Below, piece after piece: positions 12,414 through 24,795 of a stretch of 64,000 nt of DNA. The DNA comes from Laetmonice hystrix. Taxonomy: Eukaryota. The first letter of the stretch is position 1; each line of letters begins with the position of its first letter. A program made the position numbers and the translations under genes. Under the pieces are notes generated by a model. It was not told where the DNA came from. It made no database searches and saw only the letters and a program-made list of their open reading frames with translations. The stretch lies in NCBI GenBank assembly GCA_965235115.1, contig OZ249443.1:3658001-3722000 (forward strand), written 5' to 3'.

Positions 12414-12855
12414 TTACGTTGTCTCTGGTATACATGGTATCAACTTATTGTACTCTCACAGTAATGTTAAACCTGGCACACACACTGCGATTCCTTGCAA
12501 CTCCTTGCGACACGACCGTCGTGACCCACTGAACATTGAACAGAATAGAGTCGGGCGACTCGCAGAAGTTCTGTCACTGTCAGAGCGTCTGCGACCGTCG
12601 GCCACTTGTCGTGCGACTGTTGCACAACGAATAATCGCTGCGTGTGTGCCATGGTTTTAAGTAAACTACCGACCCTATCCGAGAAAACCATTGACCTCGT
12701 AGCAGGCAAATGTTCTAGCATGGGGTACGAGACTCCAGGCTTCGACCACCACCTCAGTTTGGTGGCGACCTCTATGTTGTTATAATGAAACTACTCCTGC
12801 TTCAAACCGAGATGTGATGGGAAACCTGTACCAACAGGTGGCGCCACCAGACTAC

Positions 12856-14072
12856 CTGCAGTATTTGTAACATGACAAACGTCACATTGTCCTTGATATA
12901 GCTTGCCAACTTAGTGAGATCATGGTTAGTTACCCTAACGGTTACTGCAGTATTCGTAACATGACAAACGTCACATTGTCCTTGCTATAGCTTACCAACT
13001 TAGTGAGATCATGGTTAGTTACCCTAACGGTTACTGCAGTATTCGTAACATGACAAACGTCACATTGTCCTTGCTATAGCTTACCAACTTAGTGAGATCA
13101 TGGTTAGTTACCCTAACGGTTACTGCAGTATTCGTAACATGACAAACGTCACATTGTCCTTATAGCTTACCAACTTAGTGAGATCATGGTCAGTTACCCT
13201 AACGGTTACTGCAGTATTCGTAACATGACAAACGTGACATTGTCCTTATAGCTTACCAACTTAGTGAGATCATGGTTAGTTACCCTAACGGTTACTGCAG
13301 TATTCGTAACATGACAAACGTCACATTGTCCTTGCTATAGCTTACCAACTTAGTGAGATCATGGTTAGTTACCCTAACGGTTACTGCAGTATTCGTAACA
13401 TGACAAACGTCACATTGTCCTTGCTATAGCTTACCAACTTAGTGAGATCATGGTTAGTTACCCTAACGGTTACTGCAGTATTCGTAACATGACAAACGTC
13501 ACATTGTCCTTATAGCTTACTAACTTAGTGAGATCATGGTTAGTTACCCTAACGGTTACTGCAGTATTCGTAACATGACAAACGTCACATTGTCCTTATA
13601 GCTTACCAACTTAGTGAGATCATGGTTAGTTACCCTAACGGTTACTGCAGTATTCGTAACATGACAAACGTCACATTGTCCTTATAGCTTACTAACTTAG
13701 TGAGATCATGGTTAGTTACCCTAACGGTTAGTGCAGTATTCGTAACATGACAAACGTGACATTGTCCTTATAGCTTACCAACTTAGTGAGATCATGGTTA
13801 GTTACCCTAACGGTTACTGCAGTATTCGTAACATGACAAACGTCACATTGTCCTTGCTATAGCTTACCAACTTAGTGAGATCATGGTTAGTTACCCTAAC
13901 GGTTACTGCAGTATTCGTAACATGACAAACGTCACATTGTCCTTGCTATAGCTTACCAACTTAGTGAGATCATGGTTAGTTACCCGGTTACTGCAGTATT
14001 CGTAACATGACAAACGTCACATTGTCCTTATAGCTTACCAACTTAGTGAGATCATGGTTAGTTACCCTAACG
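12856..14072. repeat. 86-89 bp minisatellite, ~14 copies
   Basis: CTGCAGTATTCGTAACATGACAAACGTCACATTGTCCTT(GC)TATAGCTTACCAACTTAGTGAGATCATGGTTAGTTACCCTAACGGTTA. Confidence 0.98.
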
Positions 14073-15007
14073 GTATTTAATTGTTTTGTACGCTTACTTT
14101 ACCTTGTATATGAGAAGTATCATATTATGCCGTTATCATGCTTTTACAGAAACGCATTTTTATGCTAAAAATATTGCAGTATAAGGCGTACACACATCGC
14201 ATCGTTAAAGTAGGAAGGAAAGACAAACAAATGCTGATTCAACATTCTGGACCCCAAACACCAGATGATATGACGATACGCACTTTGTCTTTCTTACCGA
14301 CATGACGGTAATTATAAATAGAGAGATGATCTTTATAGATGGGTACCTGATTTACTGACTACCGGCGGACAGACAGTCGTGTAATGTTAGGAGTCACGCA
14401 TGCGCAATTTGTGATGAACCATCTTAACCCAGGCACGCAGCTTACAGCGCCGTCCGATCGACTGGCGGCCGATTACAGCACTACGGTGTGGTATCCTTGT
14501 AACGGTTTAATTACAGCTGACGATTTAATTTTTTTTTGGTGTGTGGGGGAGGGGGGGGGGGGAGGTCGGGGGGTTTGGGCAGTGGGACTAGGAGCTAGGA
14601 TTAGCTATAGGAATCCTGATAGATTTATTATTTTCTTCCACCCAAACTTTGTGGAGATGTTATTATAGAGGATCTGCCCACCAGCAGGGCCTGACCTTAT
14701 AGTAACAGGGACGGTTTGAGTGCAATCCCACACGGCAAGTACGAGATCATTAGCGTTTTGTCTGCTCATAAAATACGGCCCCAGAATGTGGCCAGGGGAC
14801 AAGCAAGAAATATATCCTTCAACCACCCACCTTGAGAAACTCAACAAAATGTCTTGATCATCGCCAAGATGTTAGTGAAGATGATGGTATCTCAAGGTTG
14901 TCTGTGAGAAGCTGTATATATCACCGAAAAAAATATCTTACCAGACTTTACATGAACGTACCAAAACCACTGACGATCTCGCTGACAGTGCAAGGCTACT
15001 ACATCTA

Positions 15008-15249
15008 CAGGGTGAGTCAAAAAAAACTATACACTCAAAAATAGGGTGATGATTGTGTCACGGCGCAAGTGGTATCTTAGGGGTTTTGAAAGATGGCAAG
15101 TATTTTTTTATTATTGGTCGCATCTAAGGTAATCAACCACCAAATTGAGAGTTACTCTTTCTGTACCAATTACTACATTGTCCTGATTTGGCCAAATCTC
15201 TGATTCATCACCCTATTTATCAGGGTATAGTTTTTTTTGACTCACCCTG
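15008..15249. mobile_element. Tc1/mariner-type MITE, 242 bp
   Basis: TA|CAGGGTGAGTCAAAAAAAACTATAC ... GTATAGTTTTTTTTGACTCACCCTG|TA, plus an inner inverted pair ATAGGGTGATGA/TCATCACCCTAT. Confidence 0.92.
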
Positions 15250-15440
15250 TATAGACATTGGTAGGCAGATTGGGCTGATAGTGGTAGCATATCCTTTGTT
15301 CTCACATGGCCGCCTTATATTATAGACCTGCATAACGTTGCTGACTCTCTAATGTTTTTATTTACAATGACACATTTTTACTGTTGGAAATAGCAGTAAA
15401 TCAATATAATATTAGAGAGAGGGTGTTGTAAAACGAGATG

Positions 15441-15671
15441 TCACCAGTTATCGTCGTGGATACCCGAGGTTTGAAACACTCGACACATACAATCACCGAA
15501 GAGAGCAGGCGTCACTGAGCTGATTGCGATTTTTTCCGAAACGATTTGTTTTAGCCATCCCGGCTGCAGTCTGATAACGTACGACGTGCCGTCATTACGC
15601 GAGCTGAAGCCTGACAACAGACGCTGTCGCCAGAGGGCGCTTATTCTTGTTCTACTCCAGGAATAATTCAT
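15441..15671 (-). CDS. Possible first coding exon
   Basis: AAAATG start context just downstream of a promoter-like region; MNYSWSRTRISALWRQRLLSGFSSR is R/S/L-rich with no acidic residues. Donor site uncertain. Confidence 0.25.
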   Translation of the reverse strand: MNYSWSRTRISALWRQRLLSGFSSRNDGTSYVIRLQPGWLKQIVSEKIAISSVTPALFGDCMCRVFQTSGIHDDNW

Positions 15672-15789
15672 TTTGTCGCAGCAGAATCGGACACTAATGA
15701 CTACCTTGCTACAAATGTCACCACTTCGGCCCTCGTATAGTTTAAGGCCTTCTCAAGCACATTTCAGTATTCACGTTACATATTCTTAT

Positions 15790-16100
15790 AAATAATCATG
15801 AAAAAATCAAACCCGGAAACGTGGGATGCTGCTCTCATATTCCCGGAAATAACGCGATACAATTTTTCCTACACAACCTAGCAGCCATTGTAAATGATAC
15901 CATAAAATTGATTTATGGAGAATGTAATAGAGCATCTTGTTATGTTATTTCTACCCTGACATCGTGATCATTCTTGAGATTAATAAAAACCTTTCACTTC
16001 CGGTTACACTTCTCCTCTCGCGAGATTTGGCGTCCATGTGGCGCAGAGCAGCGGTATTAGGGGTTTTTCACTTTTGTTTCCGGGAATTAATTGACTTCGT
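15790..16100. promoter_or_regulatory. Housekeeping-type promoter-like region
   Basis: TCTCGCGAGA palindrome at 16016-16025, ETS core ACTTCCGG at 15996-16003, further CCGGAA sites near 15813, 15843 and 16080. Confidence 0.4.
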
Positions 16101-16426
16101 GTTTTACAAATGTGAACGTAGCAAGAATTCTGGAGCACACGTTTGCGTGGTGCAATGTTAAATGAAACGCTGTGGCGAAACAAGGGTCATTCTTAAAGAG
16201 ATGGTGTCGACTCGGTTACCATAGTGATGGTTGGCCGAGTGCAAACATCTATACCTCCTCAATATTGGTTACCTTGGTGTCTTAAACCTTGTCTTAAACC
16301 TCTTAAACCTGGTGGCTTACTTCTAATTTATCCATCAGCCCAACCCAAAACTAGCCAGTACCTCAGTAGAATCCCTAATATGACTACTTTGACTGGCAAC
16401 ACCCGCAAATCTGGAAAAAGTATATT

Positions 16427-16636
16427 AAGGAAGTAAATGGACATCTGTGTTTGTAAAGATTACCCAATAAGGAAGTAAATGGACATCTGTGTTTGTAAAG
16501 ATTACCTAATAAGGAAGTAAATGCACATCTGTGTTTGTAAATATTACCTAATAAGGAAGTAAATGCACATCTGTGTTTGTAAATATTACCTAATACGGAA
16601 GTAAATGCACATCTGTGTTTGTAAAGATTACCTAAT
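16427..16636. repeat. 42-bp minisatellite, 5 copies
   Basis: AAGGAAGTAAATG(G/C)ACATCTGTGTTTGTAAAGATTACCTAAT. Confidence 0.95.
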
Positions 16637-17770
16637 ATTCCAACGTATTTAATAACATTACGGCTACGATTGATATATTAGTTGGTTCCTGAGTTCGTTG
16701 ATGAATGTATTTTCCATGTACCCCTTTAAGTTCGTCCTAGTTTTCAGTATGGCTTGTTGCATTGACTTATCGTATGTCACCCACCGTCTGGGTTATTGGG
16801 AGGATTTGGGAAGGTGGGTGTGTAGGGGAAGCTTATCGAGCCTCGACGGGCGGGATTGCCTGGGGCCCGGGGTCTTCGCTCAGATTCGATAACTCTAAGC
16901 AGGCCCGGGATCGAGCACTAATGATTCTCCACACCCATCAAAAGGAAGTCGTTTTGTGGCGTCACGTGTGATTGGTTAACGAAGCGAGCATGTGACCGGG
17001 CTCTGACAACGTCTGTGTGTCTACATGTCACCGTACTAATGATGACAGCGCACTCTGGCGGTGAGGGAGGGCGCAAACAAACTGAGGGGCTATCTCACTC
17101 ACCAACATGATAAAATTACGCAATTTCCTTCTCCACACTGACGCCAATTGATTACAATTACACAAAATGCATACGCTAATATTTGAGGTGGTATATCTCT
17201 TGCCATAGATTTACAGTTTAAGCTGAGGTTTCCTTAACGGTAACCCCGTTTTCGTTGATTCTATTCCACTGGAGTAAGTGTAAAATCGATTTCGATTTGA
17301 AGGCGAGTATAACGTGTGTGTTGAGCTGATAAGGAAGCAGGTATAAGGTTTACGGGAAGTCTTCAGACCAGTCGTTTAGATCTCTCATAGTCTGAGTCAT
17401 ACAGTCAGAGCCGACCAGTTTCTATAGATCAAACAAGTTGGAGGCTGAGGTCAGGCATTAGTGTCGTGTCAACAGGTACTGGGCCATCTTATCCTGACTG
17501 AAGTAATCATGTCTGGTACTGAAACTACCAGATTCGTTGATTTATAGACCGATCAGTAGCAGTTTCAATTAACACAATATCTGTCTATACAGCGCGCGAT
17601 GAAAGGTGGTTCCAATTAGGAGTGTTTCCATATACGGACAAATATTTTACTCGCCATAAAAATAAGATGCCAATTTGTGAAAGGAAATGTACCATTTAGA
17701 AAAAGGATATTGTCCTTGCAACGTCTAAGTACTGTTAAATTTACAGATGGAATTTGACTATAATTTTAAT

Positions 17771-17855
17771 GGAACTGAGTGAAAAACCTTTCGCACCTGC
17801 AGCCCTGGCCGGGGATCGAACCCGGACCGCAGTGGTGTGAGGCGATGGTCCTCGG
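17771..17855 (-). mobile_element. tRNA-derived SINE head, cut by the assembly gap
   Basis: Minus strand reads CGCCTCACACCACTGCGGTCCGGGTTCGATCCCCGGCCAGGG; Pol III B box GGTTCGATCCC at 17812-17822; no complete cloverleaf visible. Confidence 0.65.
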
Positions 17856-18120
17856 NNNNNNNNNNNNNNNNNNNNNNNNNNNNNNNNNNNNNNNNNNNNN
17901 NNNNNNNNNNNNNNNNNNNNNNNNNNNNNNNNNNNNNNNNNNNNNNNNNNNNNNNNNNNNNNNNNNNNNNNNNNNNNNNNNNNNNNNNNNNNNNNNNNNN
18001 NNNNNNNNNNNNNNNNNNNNNNNNNNNNNNNNNNNNNNNNNNNNNNNNNNNNNNNNNNNNNNNNNNNNNNNNNNNNNNNNNNNNNNNNNNNNNNNNNNNN
18101 NNNNNNNNNNNNNNNNNNNN
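17856..18120. other. Assembly gap (265 N)
   Basis: Run of N. Confidence 1.
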
Positions 18121-18165
18121 ACGAACGGACGGACGGACGGCCGGACGAACGAACGAACGGACGGC
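18121..18165. repeat. (ACGG/ACGA)n tetranucleotide microsatellite
   Basis: Abuts the gap. Confidence 0.9.
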
Positions 18166-19739
18166 CTTCATTGTTAGGCGTGGATCGGCGGCAGCCACGT
18201 GGATGGTGAGGTGTAAAAAAACGTGACTGAGCCAGTCTGTACCTGCATGATCAGGCTCCATCTGTTGACTGTGTGAAAGGTAGCAAAGCGGCTTAGATCT
18301 CCCCCATGATTGGCCGAGCTGGTCATGTCGATCTACCGGTGGGATTTAATCAAAAGGAGATTTCCTCACTACCGTCTCCGCGCCCAACCACAGATACAGC
18401 GCCCTCTGTGGGCACGCAGTTTGACGGTGACGTCACAAATATTGTGACGTACCGACGTTGTGGCATCACAAGTGGAGTGGAGTTCTAGATTATTTCGAGT
18501 CTGCCATATATGAAGATATTCAGTGCCTTTTCCAAGTAGCAAAAAATATAATGTATGTCTATTCCACGGGCTCATTTTACTCATGTCAACGCTAATTATT
18601 TCATTTCTTCAAAATTCAAAGACAAAATAAAGACTGAAGAGACGCCGCCATTGGATCAGGACTAAATAGGATTTTATAGGCGCGCCCCGCCGTTTCAGTT
18701 TTTTCGTCGTTATTTCAGTCGATTTTGCTTTGTTAAGGACCTTACTGATATATTCACACAGGCAAAGTGAGGCTATTGTTGTCGGAAGATATGGTAGCGA
18801 GAAATGGAATGATTGTGTACACGCCTTCTGTCCAGACGTCTAGGCACCGCTTTTCTATTATGTGACGCCACGTAAAGAGGAGAGAGATTGTCAGAATATC
18901 TGCACTTGATTTTCTCTCCCAGGCCCCAGTAATATTGTATAGCCGGCCCCAGAATGAGGACTTAGGTTTTAGTCTCGGTTTGTATCATAATTAGTCCGAG
19001 ATCTCAGTATGAAGCTGTCCCTGCCAGCCGGGAGAGTAACCGCCTTCTACGGTAACTGACAGTTGTGTGAGGCTAGACATTGTGTATGGCTTGATTCTGA
19101 CTTGGTAATTACCATGTCAGTCATACGACACACTCCAGGACGGCGGTTCGATAAAGGTGACACAATGTTTATTTTAATCTTACATAAGATAAGATCAAAA
19201 CGTCACGTAATGACAGTCCCCTTTTTGAACTTCACTCGCCCTCTTAAAGTATCATTACTGGACGTATTCGACCTAATTAATAAAGGCACAGAACTTCAGA
19301 CACTTCAGAGATTTGTGAGGGATAGGAAATTTATTGTTGATAGGGTAATGAAAATTGTCTCGGCAAATGTTACCGATAGCAAGTGTACAAAGGGACTGGA
19401 CTGGAACTACCTGTTGTTGCTGTCTTGACATCGGTTTCTGACTCCAAATTTGTTTTATTATAACACGTACGCTTATTATGTGAGAACGCGTCGGTCGGAA
19501 ACCTCGAGTATTTCATGTCCGAGCGCAAAATTCAGATTAATAATTTATTTTCATTGACAGTTATGATGCTACGATTTATCTGTTATTATTAGATGTACTA
19601 ATCTATAATAACACTAATATGAACATATATAAGGTTGGCTGCCCAGCCTAGGTGTGTTATATCAGTAACTAATTACAGGGCCCTTTTAATATTTTAGACT
19701 ATTGGTATTAAACGTTTGTCGTCGGCTGTAAGATAAATC

Positions 19740-19900
19740 GGTCCCAGGCCCGCCTGCCGTCACGGCCCTCCCACCGGAAGTAGGCCGCCTGGCGGTGATT
19801 ACAGTGCGCCTGCGTGAATTATGGACGCCGCACTAACGACGACGTTTATCTCGGTACTCGTGGGTACCGGTTGGGGGGCGGGGGGGGGAGGTCCACGACC
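19740..19900. promoter_or_regulatory. CpG-rich promoter-like patch
   Basis: CCGGAAGT (ETS), TGCGCCTGCG (NRF1-like) and a GGGGCGGGG GC box. Confidence 0.3.
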
Positions 19901-20341
19901 AGGACTTCCTCCGGTCTACGAATAGACCTCCTACTCTAGGGCCTGGACGTATACTGACTGTTGTCCTACCCACGACGACGGTATAGTGGCGGTACAAAAC
20001 TGACCGGTGTTTTACATGACCTCTGAACTTTCACCCCTGGATTCATGACCTTTGTACCTCATTAGAACTTGACCTCTACCTGAGCCACAAAAAACACTCA
20101 GTGTTGGTTGAAATGACCTGAATACGGGTTTTGGTTACGGGAGTAATTGCCGTTACAGACATAGCCTACATTGGGATCTGTACCGGAGGGGCAAAACTAG
20201 CCTGACTAAACCATAGGCGAAAAATCAAGAATGGAAATTATCTCCCTAAATATATCGTAACATCGCTTGTATATCACTGGGAAATATATTTGAAGTGATT
20301 CAGGTTTAGATCGATCGGTTAATTTTTTCGACGGCCGGTGT

Positions 20342-20533
20342 TAAATGCTAGGAGAATTTTTATTGTACAGGGTACTACAGGGTATTAAAAACTTTGAAGC
20401 CTTTCTCTACATTTTTGGGACGACTCGCTATGGGTCTCGACCATCAGCTGTTACCCACATTAAAATCTGACAATTGTGAATTCCAAATATTATAATTTGC
20501 AAGGAAACCCCCAAATGGCCCTCTGACCTTGCA
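20342..20533 (+). repeat. Left arm of 192-bp inverted repeat
   Basis: Reverse complement of 27022-27213 at 191/192 positions, checked base by base. Confidence 0.97.
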
Positions 20534-20649
20534 TTGGCCACCAATGTCAATGAGTCAACCAACAATCCTTCTCATTGGCCACCAATGTCAATGAGTCAAC
20601 CAACAATCCTTCTCATTGGCCACCAATGTCAATGAGTCAACCAACAATC
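20532..20649. repeat. 41-bp tandem repeat, ~3 copies
   Basis: CATTGGCCACCAATGTCAATGAGTCAACCAACAATCCTTCT; begins at the inner end of the inverted-repeat arm. Confidence 0.93.
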
Positions 20650-20810
20650 ATCCCCGATATTACCACTAACGCCACCTGTTGGAACACATTCCTGCTTCAA
20701 CATTAAATCTACCAATTATTAGTAGCCCTTCATTATTAGGACACTTTTCACGGTTCAGCAATCATGGTAGGCTTATTGCGCAGGCCAAAAAAATCGCGCA
20801 AAGCCAGCGT

Positions 20811-23590
20811 TTATCTCTGTTTATTTGTTGCTCAGCTCTGATATCTCAGTTTATTTGTTGCTCAGCCCTGATCCTGTTTATCTCAGTTTATTTGTTGCTC
20901 AGCCCTGATCCTGTTTATCTCAGTTTATTTGTTGCTCAGCCCTGATCCTGTTTATCTCAGTTTATTTGTTGCTCAGCCCTGATCCTGTTTATCGCTGTTT
21001 ATTTGTTGCTCAGCTCTGATCCTGTTTATCTCAGTTTATTTGTTGCTCAGCCCTGATCCTGTTTATCGCTGTTTATTTGTTGCTCAGCCCTGATCCTGTA
21101 TACCTCAGTTTATTTGTTGCTCAGCTCTGATCCTGTATACCTCAGTTTATTTGTTGCTCAGCTCTGATCCTGTATACCTCAGTTTATTTGTTGCTCAGCT
21201 CTGATCCTGTATACCTCAGTTTATTTGTTGCTCAGCCCTGATCCTGTTTATCTCAGTTTATTTGTTGCTCAGCCCTGATCCTGTTATCTCAGTTTATTTG
21301 TTGCTCAGCCCTGATCCTGTTATCTCAGTTTATTTGTTGCTCAGCCCTGTTATCTCAGTTTATTTGTTGCTCAGCTCTGATCCTGTTATCTCAGTTTATT
21401 TGTTGCTCAGCCCTGATCCTGTTTATCTCAGTTTATTTGTTGCTCAGCTCTGATATCTCAGTTTATTTGTTGCTCAGCCCTGATCCTGTTTATCTCAGTT
21501 TATTTGTTGCTCAGCCCTGATCCTGTTATCGCTGTTTATTTGTTGCTCAGCCCTGATCCTGTTTATCTCAGTTTATTTGTTGCTCAGCCCTGATCCTGTT
21601 TATCTCAGTTTATTTGTTGCTCAGCTCTGATCCTGTTTATCTCAGTTTATTTGTTGCTCAGCTCTGATATCTCAGTTTATTTGTTGCTCAGCCCTGATCC
21701 TGTTTATCTCAGTTTATTTGTTGCTCAGCCCTGATCCTGTTATCTCAGTTTATTTGTTGCTCAGCTCTGATCCTGTTATCTCAGTTTATTTGTTGCTCAG
21801 CCCTGATATCTCAGTTTATTTGTTGCTCAGCCCTGATCCTGTTTATCTCAGTTTATTTGTTGCTCAGCTCTGATCCTGTTTATCTCAGTTTATTTGTTGC
21901 TCAGCTCTGATCCTGTTATCTCAGTTTATTTGTTGCTCAGCCCTGATATCTCAGTTTATTTGTTGCTCAGCCCTGATCCTGTTTATCTCAGTTTATTTGT
22001 TGCTCAGCCCTGATCCTGTTATCTCAGTTTATTTGTTGCTCAGCCCTGATCCTGTTTATCTCAGTTTATTTGTTGCTCAGCCCTGATCCTGTTATCTCAG
22101 TTTATTTGTTGCTCAGCTCTGATCCTGTTTATCTCAGTTTATTTGTTGCTCAGCTCTGATCCTGTTTATCTCAGTTTATTTGTTGCTCAGCTCTGATCCT
22201 GTTATCTCAGTTTATTTGTTGCTCAGCCCTGATATCTCAGTTTATTTGTTGCTCAGCCCTGATCCTGTTTATCTCAGTTTATTTGTTGCTCAGCCCTGAT
22301 CCTGTTATCTCAGTTTATTTGTTGCTCAGCCCTGATCCTGTTATCTCAGTTTATTTGTTGCTCAGCCCTGATCCTGTTATCTCAGTTTATTTGTTGCTCA
22401 GCCCTGATCCTGTTTATCTCAGTTTATTTGTTGCTCAGCCCTGATCCTGTTATCTCAGTTTATTTGTTGCTCAGCCCTGATCCTGTTTATCTCAGTTTAT
22501 TTGTTGCTCAGCCCTGATCCTGTTATCTCAGTTTATTTGTTGCTCAGCCCTGATCCTGTTATCTCAGTTTATTTGTTGCTCAGCCCTGATCCTGTTTATC
22601 TCAGTTTATTTGTTGCTCAGCCCTGATCCTGTTATCTCAGTTTATTTGTTGCTCAGCTCTGATCCTGTTTATCTCAGTTTATTTGTTGCTCAGCCCTGAT
22701 ATCTCAGTTTATTTGTTGCTCAGCTCTGATATCTCAGTTTATTTGTTGCTCAGCCCTGATATCTCAGTTTATTTGTTGCTCAGCTCTGATCCTGTTTATC
22801 TCAGTTTATTTGTTGCTCAGCTCTGATCCTGTTTATCTCAGTTTATTTGTTGCTCAGCCCTGATCCTGTTATCTCAGTTTATTTGTTGCTCAGCTCTGAT
22901 CCTGTTTATCTCAATTTATTTGTTGCTCAGCTCTGATCCTGTTTATCTCAGTTTATTTGTTGCTCAGCCCTGATCCTGTTATCTCAGTTTATTTGTTGCT
23001 CAGCTCTGAACCTGTTTATCTCAGTTTATTTGTTGCTCAGCTCTGATATCTCAGTTTATTTGTTGCTCAGCTCTGATATCTCAGTTTATTTGTTGCTCAG
23101 CTCTGATATCTCAGTTTATTTGTTGCTCAGCTCTGAACCTGTTTATCTCAGTTTATTTGTTGCTCAGCCCTGATCCTGTTATCTCAGTTTATTTGTTGCT
23201 CAGCCCTGATATCTCAGTTTATTTGTTGCTCAGCTCTGATCCTGTTTATCTCAGTTTATTTGTTGCTCAGCCCTGATCCTGTTTATCTCAGTTTATTTGT
23301 TGCTCAGCCCTGATCCTGTTATCTCAGTTTATTTGTTGCTCAGCCCTGATCCTGTTATCTCACTTTATTTGTTGCTCAGCCCTGATATCTCAGTTTATTT
23401 GTTGCTCAGCCCTGATATCTCAGTTTATTTGTTGCTCAGCCCTGATCCTGTTTATCTCAGTTTATTTGTTGCTCAGCCCTGATATCTCAGTTTATTTGTT
23501 GCTCAGCTCTGATCCTGTTATCGCGGTTTATTTGTTGCTCAGCCCTGATCCTGTTATCGCTGTTTATTTGTTGCTCAGCCCTGATCCTGA
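20811..23590. repeat. Minisatellite with 30/36/37 bp units, ~2.8 kb
   Basis: TTTATTTGTTGCTCAG-C(C/T)CTG-ATCCTGTT(T)ATCTCAG. Confidence 0.98.
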
Positions 23591-24609
23591 CAGCAGGGCT
23601 GAGAAGCCGGGTTCCCAGGCAGGTTGGTCACCGACAAACAGAAGACGTGAAAACATTCTCACGCAATCCGTTATGTGTTCCTAATTGGCCACCGTAGCTG
23701 GCAGCCTGGCACAGCCAGGGGACGCAGGACACGCTGGGGGGGGGGGGGGGGAGGGGGGGGGGGGGTGCCGGGGCGTCCAGGTCCAGGACATGAGGCCTAG
23801 AACCCCCCTCCCCCATGGGGCATTCCCCAACGGCCATATTTCCATAAAATTGGTGGTTACACGGGATTAGCGGTAGGGATAGGGATAGTACATTTACCAT
23901 GAGAGGATATCCAAACCTGGCGCTTAACTTAGCTTACTATGGCATCGTTTAAAATAACGAACATCTGACCCAAGGTGCACGGCTTTCTGGACGTTTGGTT
24001 ACATGTATCATTATAAAAATAATCATTTTATGGTCCAAAGCTATGGTCCATGCCTCTATGCTAGGTGGGCCAGAGCTTGTCGCAGTCCGGGCAGTGCTAG
24101 TTCTAGGCATCATTGCGAATGACCCGACAACTAATCGTTTGTCGTCGAGAGAAAGACACACAGACAGAGGAGAGAAGAGTAAGAAGGATGGGAAGGGTAA
24201 ATAAGAGGACGCTGGTGAAAGTGGCCGGCACAAAGAGGACTGTGTAGACGACTAGTCAAAGAGCCGGTCTCATTTCCTTGTCTAATAAAACGTGATGTAT
24301 ATATCAGGTGGGACATCTAACGTGAGGAACTATCTGCGTCACTTTGATGCTTGTCGTTGGCTCCTAGCTTGTTCTGTGCGTATTTCGCCAATGCCGCTAT
24401 GCCTGAGCCCGTTAGTGTTGCGTGTGGGGTTCTCGTAGTGTTTTGGGTGGGTGTGAACGTGCACACGTATTGGGCATGATGTTCTACGTACACGCTTCCG
24501 TAGCAACAGTATTTCTCAATGCATGAATGAGTATATATAATACGGTGGCATATTAGGGCCAAATCAGAACATTTCAAAAACACGCACATAGCTTCAAAAT
24601 ACCACTGCA

Positions 24610-24795
24610 AAACATATTATGAAACGACATTCAGGGAACACATGCAGAAAATACAACGACAAAACACATTGCGAAACGACATTCAGGGAACACATGCAGA
24701 AAACACAACGGCAAAACACATTGCGAAACGACATTCAGGGAACACATGCAGAAAACACAACGGCAAAACACATTGAGAAACGACATTCAGAAAAC
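24610..24795. repeat. 52-bp tandem repeat, ~3.5 copies
   Basis: GAAACGACATTCAG at 24621, 24673, 24725 and 24777. Confidence 0.93.

Noticed and set aside
17771-17855. tRNA gene
   Set aside because: Only a B box and T-arm-like segment are visible, with no full cloverleaf; it reads as a SINE head truncated by the gap
17758-18261. ORFs of 129-167 aa
   Set aside because: They span the N gap
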